Assembly (NCBI GenBank): GCA_964384095.1
Contig: CAYLKC010000001.1
Coordinates: forward strand, 1,106-65,105
Length of the DNA: 64,000 nt
Origin: an uncultured Chromatiales bacterium
GTDB taxonomy: Bacteria; Pseudomonadota; Gammaproteobacteria; SZUA-140
Reading direction: 5' to 3'
Made by a program: the position numbers and the translations under genes. This document shows, in pieces, positions 17,985-28,235 of the stretch (positions are counted from its first letter, which is position 1; each line of letters starts with the position of its first letter). The notes below the pieces were generated by a model. That model was not told where the DNA came from, made no database searches, and saw only the letters and a program-made list of their open reading frames with translations.

Positions 17985-18456
17985 TGGCCTCGTGTTCGGC
18001 GCGCACCAGTGCGCGGCCCAGCGCCGTGACTCTGCGCTGGTAGTCCGCGGCCTCGGCGGACAGCTCGCCTGAGGCGATCGCGGCGTCCAGCGCCTCCTGC
18101 TCCTCCGGCGTCAATGCCTCCAGCCCGTCGATATACTGCTTCAGCGCCTTGCGCGGATTCTCGATGATCTTGTGGCGCAGGTGATTGGCGATGAAAAACA
18201 GGATGAACGCCATATAGGGAATGAACAGCGCGACGATCGCGAGAAAGGTCGGGCTGGTTTCGGGATTGCGCACCGCGGGGACGATCACGGTGATCTGGAA
18301 GGTCACGAGCGAGATGATCGCGACGAACGCGGCGATGAGGAAGGGCAGGAGCTTCTTCTGGATAGCGGCCCGTTCTGCCTCGGCCCGGTCGCGCTCGGCC
18401 GCAATCTCTGTCGATGTCGGTGGCGGGGCGCCGAGGTCGAATTTGAGGGCCATCAT
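17926..18456 (-). CDS. hypothetical membrane protein
   Basis: Hydrophobic helices LLPFLIAAFVAIISLVTF and FLAIVALFIPYMAFILFFI; start trimmed to MMALK to avoid the tRNA; convergent 59-nt overlap with the sulfotransferase makes the exact ends uncertain. Confidence 0.4.
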   Translation of the reverse strand: MMALKFDLGAPPPTSTEIAAERDRAEAERAAIQKKLLPFLIAAFVAIISLVTFQITVIVPAVRNPETSPTFLAIVALFIPYMAFILFFIANHLRHKIIENPRKALKQYIDGLEALTPEEQEALDAAIASGELSAEAADYQRRVTALGRALVRAEHEAIKVRERQRTQDQAPAAPAR

Positions 18457-18468
18457 CCAGAAACAGTT

Positions 18469-18544
<76 letters not shown>

Positions 18545-18554
18545 ACGGATTGTT

Positions 18555-18583
18555 CGTCCGCGCGCCACGATGGCGCGCGGACG
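18555..18583. other. perfect 13-bp-stem hairpin between flgN and tRNA-Ala
   Basis: cgtccgcgcgcca-cga-tggcgcgcggacg; no adjacent U-tract on either strand. Confidence 0.5.
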
Positions 18584-18646
18584 AGGCCAGATTCTAGCAT
18601 TGATGGACCCGGAATGACCAGACGCCGCGCGCCGGCGGCCAGCGGC

Positions 18647-19144
18647 TCAGATCTTGCCCAGGCTGTGCCGGTCCCAGGTGATCGGCGCCATGCCGCGGGG
18701 GCTGTATTGCTGCGGTGATTCGGCCTGGGTCTGTCCCTTCAGCAGGGACAGCACCTGGCGGGTATGACGCAGCCCGGACTGGATCAGCGCACCGTTGATA
18801 TTGTTCTGGCGCTGGCATTCCCCGGCCAGTTCGAGCAGGCGCATCCAGTTATCGACCAGGCGGCTGTGACCGCGCGTGCCCGCAGCCGCTGTTTCAGCGT
18901 CGATGGCCAGCGGATCGGCGGCCATGCCGGATTCGCGAATCAGCCGTTCACGTTCGCGATCGAGCGTTTCGAGACTGGCCAGCGCCTCACGCTTGGCATC
19001 GACGGCGCGTTCGATCCGCGCGGCATCGCGCGTCGTCAGGGCCTCGCTTTCCTCGCGCAGGGTATCGAGCAGGCGCTGGCTGGCGCCGAGTTCGCGCGCG
19101 ACACAGTCATCGAGTTGCCGCCACAGGTCGTTGGATGTCGTCAT
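18647..19144 (-). CDS. flgN: flagellar export chaperone FlgN
   Basis: 165-aa helical protein immediately downstream of flgM on the same strand; conserved flgA-flgM-flgN order; FlgN-like C-terminal region. Confidence 0.7.
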   Translation of the reverse strand: MTTSNDLWRQLDDCVARELGASQRLLDTLREESEALTTRDAARIERAVDAKREALASLETLDRERERLIRESGMAADPLAIDAETAAAGTRGHSRLVDNWMRLLELAGECQRQNNINGALIQSGLRHTRQVLSLLKGQTQAESPQQYSPRGMAPITWDRHSLGKI

Positions 19145-19192
19145 GTTGTTTCCTGTCTCCGTTATTTGTCTTCAGGTATGATGCGGGCGCGG

Positions 19193-19519
19193 TCAGCCGG
19201 CCGTGCCGCCGAACAGCGCGATTTCGCGATCGATCAGGCGGTCGGCGACCCGCGGATAGTCCGGCACAAAGCTGCCTTCCGCGATCGAGTGGCGTATCGA
19301 ATTGACACGGGCCGTGTCGACGACGGGCGCGGCGGCGATCTGGTTGTCGAGCTGCTGCATCAGCCCGGCGACCGAGGTCAGGCTGACCGAGTCGGTGGCC
19401 GTGCCGGCGGTTTCACCCTGCCGCACCCCCTGCCCGTCATTGCGTATGATGCGCAAGGGGGTGGCGTCACCCGCGCGCCCTGACTGGGGCGTCGACGATC
19501 CGTTGATTTCTATGGGCAT
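19193..19519 (-). CDS. flgM: anti-sigma-28 factor FlgM
   Basis: C-terminal VDTARVNSIRHSIAEGSFVPDYPRVADRLI is the conserved FlgM sigma-28-binding region. Confidence 0.8.
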   Translation of the reverse strand: MPIEINGSSTPQSGRAGDATPLRIIRNDGQGVRQGETAGTATDSVSLTSVAGLMQQLDNQIAAAPVVDTARVNSIRHSIAEGSFVPDYPRVADRLIDREIALFGGTAG

Positions 19520-19609
19520 AATCCTCGCTCCTGTGCTCTCATTCGCTGTATCGACCGTTTCCCCTATATATAAATAGGGTCGATCCCGCGAATGCTCGCC
19601 GGCCGCCGT

Positions 19610-20314
19610 CTACATCTGTACCAGAACGGCGCCGTGCTCGGTGACCCTCCCTTCGATGATACGTTTTGACTTGTTGTTCCTGACGCGAATGCGATCGCCC
19701 TCGGCGCCGTCGGCCAGCGCGCTGCCGGCCATCCGCACCTCGAAATTGCCGCTGCGCGACACGATCACGACCTCATCGCCGCGCCGCACCAGCCGCGGGC
19801 GCTCGACCATCGCCGGCGTCAGCACCAGCCCGTTCTGCAACGGCTGTTTCAGCACCATGCCGACGGCATCGGCGGGATCGCTGATATAGCCATGCCCCGA
19901 GGCGCTGATATCGCGCTCTGCGATCTCGATATGTTCCGGGCCGATCGTGGTGCCTCGCGGCAGAAAGCTGCGCGTGACGACGACCTGTTCCAGCAGCGAG
20001 ATGCGCGCCGGGACATAGAGGCTCCAGGCCTGCGGGCCGCCGCACCGCACGCCGACGCTGGTATTGCCGGCGAGGCGGCCGCCCGGCGGCAGCCAGGCCT
20101 CAAGGCCGGCATCGCAGCGTGCAAGGCGCAGGCGCCGGTCCAGGCTGCCGAGGCGGATCTCGTTGTTGCCGCTGCGGCCGGCAAGTTGCTGCTCGAGAAA
20201 GTCCCGCGCGGTCTCGAGGATCCGCGCATGGGGTTCGGTCTCGATGCCCTGCGGCGCGCCGGTCGCCATTGCCGGCAGCAGCATGGTCGTCAGGAAGGCA
20301 ATGATCGTGCGTGT
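19610..20314 (-). CDS. flgA: flagellar basal-body P-ring formation chaperone FlgA
   Basis: Signal peptide from MTRTIIAFLTTMLLPAMATGA; FlgA/SAF C-terminal domain; divergent from flgB. Confidence 0.8.
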   Translation of the reverse strand, partial: TRTIIAFLTTMLLPAMATGAPQGIETEPHARILETARDFLEQQLAGRSGNNEIRLGSLDRRLRLARCDAGLEAWLPPGGRLAGNTSVGVRCGGPQAWSLYVPARISLLEQVVVTRSFLPRGTTIGPEHIEIAERDISASGHGYISDPADAVGMVLKQPLQNGLVLTPAMVERPRLVRRGDEVVIVSRSGNFEVRMAGSALADGAEGDRIRVRNNKSKRIIEGRVTEHGAVLVQM

Positions 20315-20531
20315 CATGTCGCGTGCGTCATCCGGGTGTCTGCAAGAAATATTCAATATTCATGCCATATATGGATTCGTGCCCTGGCCGGGGAGGCGGG
20401 CGCGCGCTGCTGCCGCAGCCGTTGCCGCCGGCGGCGCCGGATTGCCGCCCGGCGGCGGCCGCTTGCCGAGCCGACTTGCCGGAGTCCCCGGGTGGCAGGC
20501 TCAAGGGGCTGAATTTGCGGAATGTTTTCGC

Positions 20532-20549
20532 TTGGCATGGCAATTGCTC
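20532..20549 (+). promoter_or_regulatory. sigma-54 promoter (-24/-12) for the flgB operon
   Basis: TGGCAT-N5-TTGCT with GG-N10-GC spacing, ~50 nt upstream of flgB. Confidence 0.6.
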
Positions 20550-20597
20550 TTATTCAGGCAACAGTGACGTGCAACAGCAAACGACGGAGCCGCTGTC

Positions 20598-21002
20598 ATG
20601 CCATCGAAGATCGACGCCGCGTTCGGAAGCTATGCCCAGGCCCTGCAAGTCTATGGCCGGCGAGCCGAGGTACTGGCTGCGAACATGGCCAACGCAGACA
20701 CGCCGGGTTACCAGGCCCGCGACATTGATTTTCGCGCGGCGCTGAACGGCGCGATGAGCGGCGGCGAACTCGCGATGACGCGGACGAGCGCCCGCCACCT
20801 CGATACCGCCTCGGCGGCCGGTGATGCCCTGCACATGCAACTGAAGTACCGGATTCCGCAACAGACGTCGGCCGACGGCAATACCGTCGATGTTCAGGTC
20901 GAGCAGGCACAGTTCACCGAGAACGCGGTCCGCCATCAGGCGAGCTTCACGTTCCTCGACGGCACGATCAAGAGCCTGCTCGGCGCCATCAAAGGAGAAT
21001 GA
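20598..21002 (+). CDS. flgB: flagellar basal-body rod protein FlgB
   Basis: ANMANADTPGYQARD rod N-terminal motif. Confidence 0.9.
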   Translation: MPSKIDAAFGSYAQALQVYGRRAEVLAANMANADTPGYQARDIDFRAALNGAMSGGELAMTRTSARHLDTASAAGDALHMQLKYRIPQQTSADGNTVDVQVEQAQFTENAVRHQASFTFLDGTIKSLLGAIKGE

Positions 21003-21004
21003 TC

Positions 21005-21412
21005 ATGGGCCTGTTTTCGATCTTTGACATCGCCGGTTCGGCCATGAGCGCGCAGACGGTGCGCCTCAATACGACGGCAAGCAATCTCGCGAACGCCGAC
21101 AGCGTCAGCGGCACCGAGGAAGGTGTCTACAAGGCGCGCCGTCCGGTGTTCGAGAGTTTTCAGAAGACGCTGGACAACAGCGTCGCCGGCGTCCGCGTCA
21201 CCGGCATCGTCGAGGATACGAAGCCGGCGCAGCAGCAGTACCAGCCGGATCACCCGCTGGCGAACGAAGAGGGCTATGTCTACCGCCCGAGTGTCAACGT
21301 GGTGGAAGAGATGGCGGATATGATCTCCGCCTCCCGCACATACCAGAACAACGTCGAGGTCGTGAATACCTCGAAACAGATGCTGATGAACCTGCTGCGT
21401 CTCGGCCAGTGA
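21005..21412 (+). CDS. flgC: flagellar basal-body rod protein FlgC
   Basis: MGLFSIFDIAGSAMSAQTVRLNTTASNLANADSV aligns with the E. coli FlgC N-terminus; start at the second ATG (RBS AAGGAGA). Confidence 0.9.
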   Translation: MGLFSIFDIAGSAMSAQTVRLNTTASNLANADSVSGTEEGVYKARRPVFESFQKTLDNSVAGVRVTGIVEDTKPAQQQYQPDHPLANEEGYVYRPSVNVVEEMADMISASRTYQNNVEVVNTSKQMLMNLLRLGQ

Positions 21413-21453
21413 AGCGCCGGCAGCCGCCACGACAATCCGACGGGAAAAGTTAA

Positions 21454-22122
21454 ATGACAACTATAGACACGCAGTTGCTGAACAACCTGGGTCTGACGCA
21501 GACGCAGGAAGCCGGCCGTTCGGAACAGCTCGGACAGACCGAGTTCCTGAAGCTGATGGTGACCCAGCTCAACAACCAGGACCCGCTCAAGCCGATGGAG
21601 AGCGGCGAGTTCTATACCCAGATCGCGCAGTTCAGCACCGTCGCGGGTATCCAGGATCTGCAGGGATCCTTCCAGCAGGTCGCGACCGCAATGCATTCTG
21701 GACAGGCATTGCAGGCCTCCGCGATGGTCGGCCGCTCGGTGCTCGTGCCGTCGGAGTCGGTGCGGCTTGAAGCCGGCAGCGAGATCAGCGGCGAGATCGA
21801 GGTGCCGGTCGGCACCAGCCAGCTCACGGTCAGCCTGTATGACCAGGCCGGGCAGTTCGTCCGCCGCATCGATCTCGGCGCACAGGACTCCGGCACTGCC
21901 CGCTTCACCTGGGATGGCCGCAATGACGATGGCGAGGCCGTCGCCCCCGGCAACTATTTCATTGAAACCGACATGATGCTGAACGGGCAGTCCTTTGCGC
22001 TCGATACCCTGGTGGCGTCCAGGGTCGACAGCGTGACGATGGGACGCAACGGGCAGGGCATCACGCTGAATGTCGCCGGCATCGGCCCGGTCGCGCTCGG
22101 CGACGTCAAGCAGGTCATGTAA
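21454..22122 (+). CDS. flgD: flagellar hook capping/assembly protein FlgD
   Basis: FLKLMVTQLNNQDPLKPM FlgD motif. Confidence 0.9.
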   Translation: MTTIDTQLLNNLGLTQTQEAGRSEQLGQTEFLKLMVTQLNNQDPLKPMESGEFYTQIAQFSTVAGIQDLQGSFQQVATAMHSGQALQASAMVGRSVLVPSESVRLEAGSEISGEIEVPVGTSQLTVSLYDQAGQFVRRIDLGAQDSGTARFTWDGRNDDGEAVAPGNYFIETDMMLNGQSFALDTLVASRVDSVTMGRNGQGITLNVAGIGPVALGDVKQVM

Positions 22123-22163
22123 GCAGTCATCGAACCACATACGATCACCAGGGAGATACCCCC

Positions 22164-23780
22164 ATGCCATTTCGCACAGCACTGAGCGGTCTGAACGCAG
22201 CCTCGGCGGACCTGCGGGTCATCGGCAACAATGTCGCCAATGCCAGCACCACAGGCTTCAAGCAGTCCACGGTGCATTTCTCGGATGTGTTCGCGAGTTC
22301 CGGTCTCGGTTCATCGTCGAATGCGATCGGCAGCGGCGTGCGCATTGCGAATATTGCCCAGGAGTTTTCCGGCGGCAATATCGAGTTCACCAACAACAAT
22401 CTCGATCTGGCGATCAGCGGCCAGGGGTTCTTCCGCCTGAACGATGGCGGCAGCATCGTCTATTCTCGCGCCGGCGCTTTTGGCGTCGACAATACGGGCT
22501 TCATCGTCAACGCGCAGAACCAGCGGCTGACCGGCTATCTGGCCGACGGCGCCGGCAACATCACCGGCGCGATCGGCGATGTCCAGCTCGACACCTCCGA
22601 TATCGCGCCGCAGGCGACCGGTTCGATCAGGTTCGGCCTCAATCTCAACGGCTCGGCTGATGTCCCGGCCGGCCATCAGGTCTCTGGCATCATCGCCCTC
22701 GGCAGCAGCGGAGCGAATCCGGTGCTCGACACCGACGATTCGCCGCTGACCACCGCGCCGCTGGACCTGGTCGATGCCTTCGGACAGGCGGTGACCGGCG
22801 CGCAGTTGCAGTTCACGCACCTCGGCGGCGATGACTGGGAAGTTGCGCTGACCGGTGCCGGCGGCACCACCAGCACCGCGCAGATGACGGTCGGCACCAC
22901 CGGCAGCGTCACCCTCAACTGGGACGCTGACGGCGCCGGCGGCGCGCAGCCTCCGACCCCGCTGACCATCGATGTCTCCACCGTGACCCAGGTTGCGGGT
23001 GGCGGCGGCACCGATCTGACCGCGAGCGCGGATGGTTCCGTCCAGGCGCCGTTCGATGTCACTGACGCGACCACTTTCAACAACTCGACCTCGCTGACGA
23101 TCTACGACTCGCTCGGCACGCCGCACCTGGCGACGGCCTATTACCGCAAGACGGGTATCCCGAACCAGTGGGAGAGCTATATTTTCGTCAATGGCCAGCA
23201 GGTCCAGGGCGCGCAGCCGAACGGTTCCGACCTGATGCAGTTTTCCCCGGCCGGCGCGCTGCAGTCGATCAATGGCAACCCGGTGCCGCCCTCGACGATC
23301 TCGATGAGCGCGGTCAATCCGGGCGGCGGCGCCGCAGACCTGACGCTGACCATGGACTATTCCGGGGTCACCCAGTTCGGCGGCGGCTTCAACGTCACCT
23401 CGCTGCAGCAGGACGGTTTCACGACCGGCCGGTTGAGCGGTATCGACATCGACAGTTCGGGCGTGCTGCTGGCGCGCTTCACCAACGGCCAGTCCCGTGT
23501 GCTTGCCCAGGTCGCGCTCGCGAACTTCAGCAATCCGCAGGGTCTGGTGCAGCTCGGTGACACCAGCTGGGCAGAGAGCTTCGAATCGGGCAGTCCGCTG
23601 GTGTCGAGCGCGGGCTCGTCGAGTCTCGGACTGATCGAGTCCGGCGCACTCGAGGGCTCGAACGTCGACCTGACCGAGCAGCTGGTGAGGATGATTACCG
23701 CGCAGCGCAACTTCCAGGCCAACGCCCAGATCATCTCGACCGCGGATACCGTGACGCAGACGATCATCAACCTGCGCTGA
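22164..23780 (+). CDS. flgE: flagellar hook protein FlgE
   Basis: N-terminus [26 protein letters not shown] and conserved C-terminal rod/hook heptads. Confidence 0.95.
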   Translation: MPFRTALSGLNAASADLRVIGNNVANASTTGFKQSTVHFSDVFASSGLGSSSNAIGSGVRIANIAQEFSGGNIEFTNNNLDLAISGQGFFRLNDGGSIVYSRAGAFGVDNTGFIVNAQNQRLTGYLADGAGNITGAIGDVQLDTSDIAPQATGSIRFGLNLNGSADVPAGHQVSGIIALGSSGANPVLDTDDSPLTTAPLDLVDAFGQAVTGAQLQFTHLGGDDWEVALTGAGGTTSTAQMTVGTTGSVTLNWDADGAGGAQPPTPLTIDVSTVTQVAGGGGTDLTASADGSVQAPFDVTDATTFNNSTSLTIYDSLGTPHLATAYYRKTGIPNQWESYIFVNGQQVQGAQPNGSDLMQFSPAGALQSINGNPVPPSTISMSAVNPGGGAADLTLTMDYSGVTQFGGGFNVTSLQQDGFTTGRLSGIDIDSSGVLLARFTNGQSRVLAQVALANFSNPQGLVQLGDTSWAESFESGSPLVSSAGSSSLGLIESGALEGSNVDLTEQLVRMITAQRNFQANAQIISTADTVTQTIINLR

Positions 23781-23819
23781 TCCTGAGCGCGGACAGAGAC
23801 CCGAGCGGAGAGACTGACG

Positions 23820-24560
23820 ATGGACCGGATGCTGTATGTCGCGATGACCGGCGCCAGCCAGACCATGCAGGCGCAGGCGGCCAACGCCCATAATCTTGCC
23901 AATGCCTCTACCACAGGCTTCCGCGAGGACCTGCTCGGTTTCACCAATGTCGAGATCGAAGGGCCCGGGCATCCGACGCGCGTCTACAGCGTGCTCGGTC
24001 CAGAGGCCTTCAACCAGGCGCCGGGCCCGCAGATGGTGACTGGCAATGAGCTCGATGTCGCGATCGACGGCGAGGGCTGGATTGCGGTGCAGTCGGCGAC
24101 CGGTCTCGAGGCCTTCACCCGCGCCGGCAATCTGCGGGTGACGCCGAATGGCACGCTGGTGACCGGCGCAGGCCTGCCGGTGCTCGGCGATTCGGGCGCG
24201 CCGATCGCGATTCCGCCGGCGGAAAAGATCGAGATCGGTGTCGATGGCACGATCTCGATCCGGCCGCTCGGGCAGACGCCGGAGGCGCTTGCGGTCGTCG
24301 ATCGCATCAAGCTGGTCCGCCCCGACGCGGAGTCCCTGGTCAAGGGGCCTGACGGCCTGGTGTACCAGCAGGACGGTCAGCCCGGTCTGGCGGACGCCTC
24401 GGTGCGGCTGACCACCGGCGCCCTCGAGGGCAGCAATGTCAACACGGTCGATGCGATGGTCAGCATGATCACGCTGTCGCGCCAGTTCGAAATGCAGATC
24501 AAATTGATGCAGACCGCGGAACAGAACGACGAGTCGTCTGCCCGACTGATGCAGCTGTAA
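23820..24560 (+). CDS. flgF: flagellar basal-body rod protein FlgF
   Basis: [35 protein letters not shown]. Confidence 0.9.
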   Translation: MDRMLYVAMTGASQTMQAQAANAHNLANASTTGFREDLLGFTNVEIEGPGHPTRVYSVLGPEAFNQAPGPQMVTGNELDVAIDGEGWIAVQSATGLEAFTRAGNLRVTPNGTLVTGAGLPVLGDSGAPIAIPPAEKIEIGVDGTISIRPLGQTPEALAVVDRIKLVRPDAESLVKGPDGLVYQQDGQPGLADASVRLTTGALEGSNVNTVDAMVSMITLSRQFEMQIKLMQTAEQNDESSARLMQL

Positions 24561-24586
24561 CGAATACTCCACCGGAGAACGGACCG

Positions 24587-25372
24587 ATGAGCAATGCACT
24601 GTGGATAGCCAAGACCGGACTCGACGCCCAGCAGAACCGGATGTCGGTGATTTCGAACAATCTTGCCAACGTCAATACCACCGGTTTCAAGAAGGACCGC
24701 GCGGTCTTCGAGGACCTGCTGTACCAGAACGTGCGCCAGGTCGGCGCGCAATCGGCGCAGGATTCGCTGCTGCCGACCGGCCTCAGCTTCGGCACCGGCG
24801 TGCGTACCGTGGCGACCGAGAAGCTGTTCACGCAGGGCACCACGGTCGACACCGGAAATCCGTTGCACATGGCAATCGAGGGCCGTGGCTTCTTCCAGGT
24901 ATTGAAGCCGGACGGCACGATCGCCTATACCCGGGACGGCTCGTTCAATGTCGATGCCCAGGGCCAGGTCGTGACCTCGAGCGGCTATGCCCTGCAACCC
25001 GCGATCACGATCCCGAACAACGCGCTGACGGTCACCATCGGCCAGGATGGCGTGGTCACCGTGCTGACGCCGGGCAACCCGACGCCGACCCAGGTCGGCA
25101 CCGTGCAGCTCGCCGATTTCGTCAATCCGGCCGGCCTGCAGCCGGTCGGACAGAACCTGTTCCTGGAGTCCGCCTCGAGTGGCGCTGCGGTGACCGGAAC
25201 GCCGGCGATCAACGGGCTCGGCAGCGTGATCCAGTCGGCGCTGGAAAGCTCGAACATCAATGTGGTCGAGGAACTGGTCAACATGATCGAGGCCCAGCGC
25301 GCCTACGAGATGAACTCGAAGGCGATCTCGTCCGTCGACCGAATGCTGCAATACGTCAATAATAATCTCTGA
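24587..25372 (+). CDS. flgG: flagellar distal rod protein FlgG
   Basis: Near-colinear with E. coli FlgG ([12 protein letters not shown] ... [26 protein letters not shown]). Confidence 0.95.
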   Translation: MSNALWIAKTGLDAQQNRMSVISNNLANVNTTGFKKDRAVFEDLLYQNVRQVGAQSAQDSLLPTGLSFGTGVRTVATEKLFTQGTTVDTGNPLHMAIEGRGFFQVLKPDGTIAYTRDGSFNVDAQGQVVTSSGYALQPAITIPNNALTVTIGQDGVVTVLTPGNPTPTQVGTVQLADFVNPAGLQPVGQNLFLESASSGAAVTGTPAINGLGSVIQSALESSNINVVEELVNMIEAQRAYEMNSKAISSVDRMLQYVNNNL

Positions 25373-25377
25373 TCGCC

Positions 25378-26088
25378 ATGGACCGGAAGATGACTGAGAG
25401 CTGGACCTGTATCGCCGCGCTGATCGTACTGCTGGCCGTCAGCGGTTGCGCGTCGGCGCCGAAGCAGGATAACCGTATCTCCGAAGAGATCTATTCCTGG
25501 CCGGAATACTCGACCACCACGACCGAGGGGGCGATTTTCCAGGCCAGTCGTAATGGTTCCCTGTTCGAGGACGTGCGTGCGCGCCGGGTAGGCGACGTCG
25601 TCACCGTCATGCTGTCCGAGCGCACCAATGCGACGCAGAGCGCAAGCGCCAACACCAGCAAGGACAACTCCATCAACGTCGAGAATCCGACCCTGTTCGG
25701 CCGTCTGTTCGGTTTTCGCGCCGGCGGCGTCAGCAGCACGCCGTTGAACCTGGAGAACAGCCTCAGTTCGAGCAAGAGCTTCAATGGCGAGGGCGGCAGC
25801 GAGCAGAGCAATCAGCTCACCGGAGATATCACCGCGCTGGTCATCGAGGAGCTGCCGAACGGCTATCTGCGCATTCGCGGCGAGAAGCTGATCTCGATCA
25901 ACAAGGGGGATGAGTATATCCGCCTGACCGGCGTCATCCGTCCGGTCGACATCCAGGCCAATAACACGATTCTATCGACGATGGTCGCCAATGCCGAGAT
26001 CTCCTATGGCGGCAAGGGCATGATCGCGGACGCGTCCGAGATGGGCTGGGCCAGTCGCTTCTTCAACAGCCGCTGGTGGCCGTTCTGA
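25378..26088 (+). CDS. flgH: flagellar L-ring lipoprotein FlgH
   Basis: Lipobox LLAVSGC; conserved FlgH core. Confidence 0.9.
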   Translation: MDRKMTESWTCIAALIVLLAVSGCASAPKQDNRISEEIYSWPEYSTTTTEGAIFQASRNGSLFEDVRARRVGDVVTVMLSERTNATQSASANTSKDNSINVENPTLFGRLFGFRAGGVSSTPLNLENSLSSSKSFNGEGGSEQSNQLTGDITALVIEELPNGYLRIRGEKLISINKGDEYIRLTGVIRPVDIQANNTILSTMVANAEISYGGKGMIADASEMGWASRFFNSRWWPF

Positions 26089-26107
26089 TCCTCGCGGGAG
26101 CAATGAC

Positions 26108-27232
26108 ATGAAATCGAACCTGATCCGGTATTCCCTGGCGCTGCTTCTGGCCGGGCTTGGCCTTGTCTGCGCCGGGCAGGCCGCCGCCGAGCGTATCAAG
26201 GACCTCGCCGCGGTCGCCGGCGTACGCAGCAACCAGCTGGTCGGCTACGGCCTCGTCGTCGGTCTCGACGGCACCGGCGACCAGACCAGCCAGACGCCGT
26301 TCACGATCCAGAGCCTGCGCAACATGCTGGCGCAGTATGGCATCACGCTGCCGCCGAACGTGAACCCGCAGCTGAACAATGTCGCCGCGGTGACTGTCCA
26401 TGCGACGCTGCCGGCATTCGCGAAGCCCGGCCAGACCATCGACGTTACCGTCTCCTCGCTCGGCAACGCCAAGAGCCTGCGCGGCGGCAGTCTGCTGATG
26501 ACGCCGCTGAAGGGCGCCGACGGGTCGATCTACGCATTGGCGCAGGGCAACCTCGTGGTCGGCGGCTTCGGCGCCGAGGGCAGCGACGGTTCGCGCATCA
26601 CCGTCAATGTGCCGAGCGTCGGCCGCGTGCCCAATGGCGCGACCGTCGAGCGCGAGGCGCCGACCAGTTTCGGCGGCGAGGATGGCCTGGTGCTGAATCT
26701 CCATCGTTCCGATTTCACGACCGCCAAGCGCGTTGCCGATGCGATCAACGAGATGATCGGTGCCGGCACCGCGTGGCCGGTGGATGCAACCTCGGTGCAG
26801 GTGCGGGCGCCGGCCTCGCTGGCCCAACGCGTCGCCTTCATGTCCGAACTCGAGAACCTGACGCTGGAGCCGGGCATGGCCTCGGCCCGCGTCATCGTCA
26901 ATTCGCGCACCGGCACGGTCGTCATCGGCAGCCATGTGCGGGTCTCGCCGGCGGCAGTCTCGCATGGCAGCCTCACGGTGACGATCTCCGAACAGTTGCA
27001 GGTCAGCCAGCCGGAACCGTTCTCACGCGGCGGCCAGACCACGGTCGTGCCGAGCTCGGAGGTCAGCATCGAGCAGGATGCCAGTCATATGTTCGTGTTC
27101 AACCCCGGTATTTCTCTGGACGAACTGGTGCGCGCGGTCAACCAGGTCGGCGCCGCGCCGGGCGATCTGGTCGCGATCCTCGAGGCCTTGAAGGAGGCAG
27201 GGGCGCTGCGCGCCGAGCTGATCGTGATCTGA
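26108..27232 (+). CDS. flgI: flagellar P-ring protein FlgI
   Basis: Signal peptide plus [29 protein letters not shown]. Confidence 0.95.
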   Translation: MKSNLIRYSLALLLAGLGLVCAGQAAAERIKDLAAVAGVRSNQLVGYGLVVGLDGTGDQTSQTPFTIQSLRNMLAQYGITLPPNVNPQLNNVAAVTVHATLPAFAKPGQTIDVTVSSLGNAKSLRGGSLLMTPLKGADGSIYALAQGNLVVGGFGAEGSDGSRITVNVPSVGRVPNGATVEREAPTSFGGEDGLVLNLHRSDFTTAKRVADAINEMIGAGTAWPVDATSVQVRAPASLAQRVAFMSELENLTLEPGMASARVIVNSRTGTVVIGSHVRVSPAAVSHGSLTVTISEQLQVSQPEPFSRGGQTTVVPSSEVSIEQDASHMFVFNPGISLDELVRAVNQVGAAPGDLVAILEALKEAGALRAELIVI

Positions 27233-27233
27233 T

Positions 27234-28091
27234 ATGGCGATCGACGCAGGCAGCGCCGGTATCTATACCGATCTCCACGGGCTGGGCCGCCTGCGCGAGG
27301 CCGCACGCGCGGACAGCACATCGCCGGAGACGCTGCGCGAGGTCGCCCGCCAGTTCGAGTCGTTGTTCATCCAGATGATGCTGAAGAACATGCGCGCGGC
27401 AAGCTTCGGTGACGAGCTGTTCGACAGCGACCAGACCACCCATTATCGCGAGATGTTCGACAGCCAGATCTCGCTGCATCTTGGCCAGAAAGGTGGCTTC
27501 GGTCTGGCCGATCTGCTGGTGCGGCAGCTCGGTGGTGAAGGCGCGCAGCCGGCGCCGGCCGCGCGCGTGACGGCCGCAGAGGCTGCCCCCGGGCCAGCAT
27601 CCGTGGCCGCCGAGCCGCCGATCGCCACGCCGGAAGAGTTCGTCCGTGTGCTCGGCCCGCATGCCGGCGAGGCGGCGGCCAGGCTCGGCATCGAACCCGA
27701 GGTATTGCTGGCCCAGGCGGCGCTCGAGACCGGCTGGGGCCGTCGGATGATCACCAGGCCCGACGGCAGCCCGAGCTACAACCTGTTCGGCATCAAGGCC
27801 GACGGGCGCTGGGACGGGGACCGCGTCAGCGCGATGACCCTGGAATACGAGGATGGTATTGCATCGCGCCGCAGCGAGAGCTTTCGCGCCTATGCCTCCT
27901 ACGCCGAGAGCTTCACAGACTATGTGAATTTCCTGCAGGCGGGGCCGCGTTATCAGGACGCCCTCACCCATGGCGGGGACCGCCAGCGCTTCATTGACGG
28001 CCTGCACCGCGCCGGTTATGCGACCGACCCGGAGTACGCAAACAAGATCAACAGGATACTGAACAATGAGCTGCTCTCGGGCGCAGTGTGA
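27234..28091 (+). CDS. flgJ: flagellar rod-assembly protein / peptidoglycan hydrolase FlgJ
   Basis: N-terminal rod-binding domain (QFESLFIQMMLKNMR) plus C-terminal glucosaminidase domain (LAQAALETGWG ... YATDPEYANKI). Confidence 0.9.
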   Translation: MAIDAGSAGIYTDLHGLGRLREAARADSTSPETLREVARQFESLFIQMMLKNMRAASFGDELFDSDQTTHYREMFDSQISLHLGQKGGFGLADLLVRQLGGEGAQPAPAARVTAAEAAPGPASVAAEPPIATPEEFVRVLGPHAGEAAARLGIEPEVLLAQAALETGWGRRMITRPDGSPSYNLFGIKADGRWDGDRVSAMTLEYEDGIASRRSESFRAYASYAESFTDYVNFLQAGPRYQDALTHGGDRQRFIDGLHRAGYATDPEYANKINRILNNELLSGAV

Positions 28092-28116
28092 CCGGATTCA
28101 TGAAATCGCGATGACG

Positions 28117-28124
28117 GCCGATAA
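28117..28124 (+). promoter_or_regulatory. sigma-28 -10-like element (GCCGATAA) upstream of flgK; -35 not convincing
   Basis: Exact GCCGATAA ~110 nt upstream of the flgK start. Confidence 0.25.
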
Positions 28125-28235
28125 CTCCGCAATCGGGCCAGCCCCGCCGGACCGTGACGCAGGTCACACGGGCCGTCATATCGTCAGACAGCACTCGCGG
28201 AAGACCACGCAAACCACATCGCACAGGGGCTGACC

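Noticed and set aside
19520-19609. Possible sigma-28 promoter for flgM (GTCGATAC on the minus strand)
   Set aside because: Only 6/8 match in the -10 element and no TAAA -35 at the correct spacing, so not reported as a feature.
22311-24599. 762-aa ORF on the minus strand
   Set aside because: Runs antisense through flgE-flgF-flgG, which have unmistakable flagellar motifs; Arg/Ala/Gly-rich translation typical of antisense frames in ~65% GC DNA.
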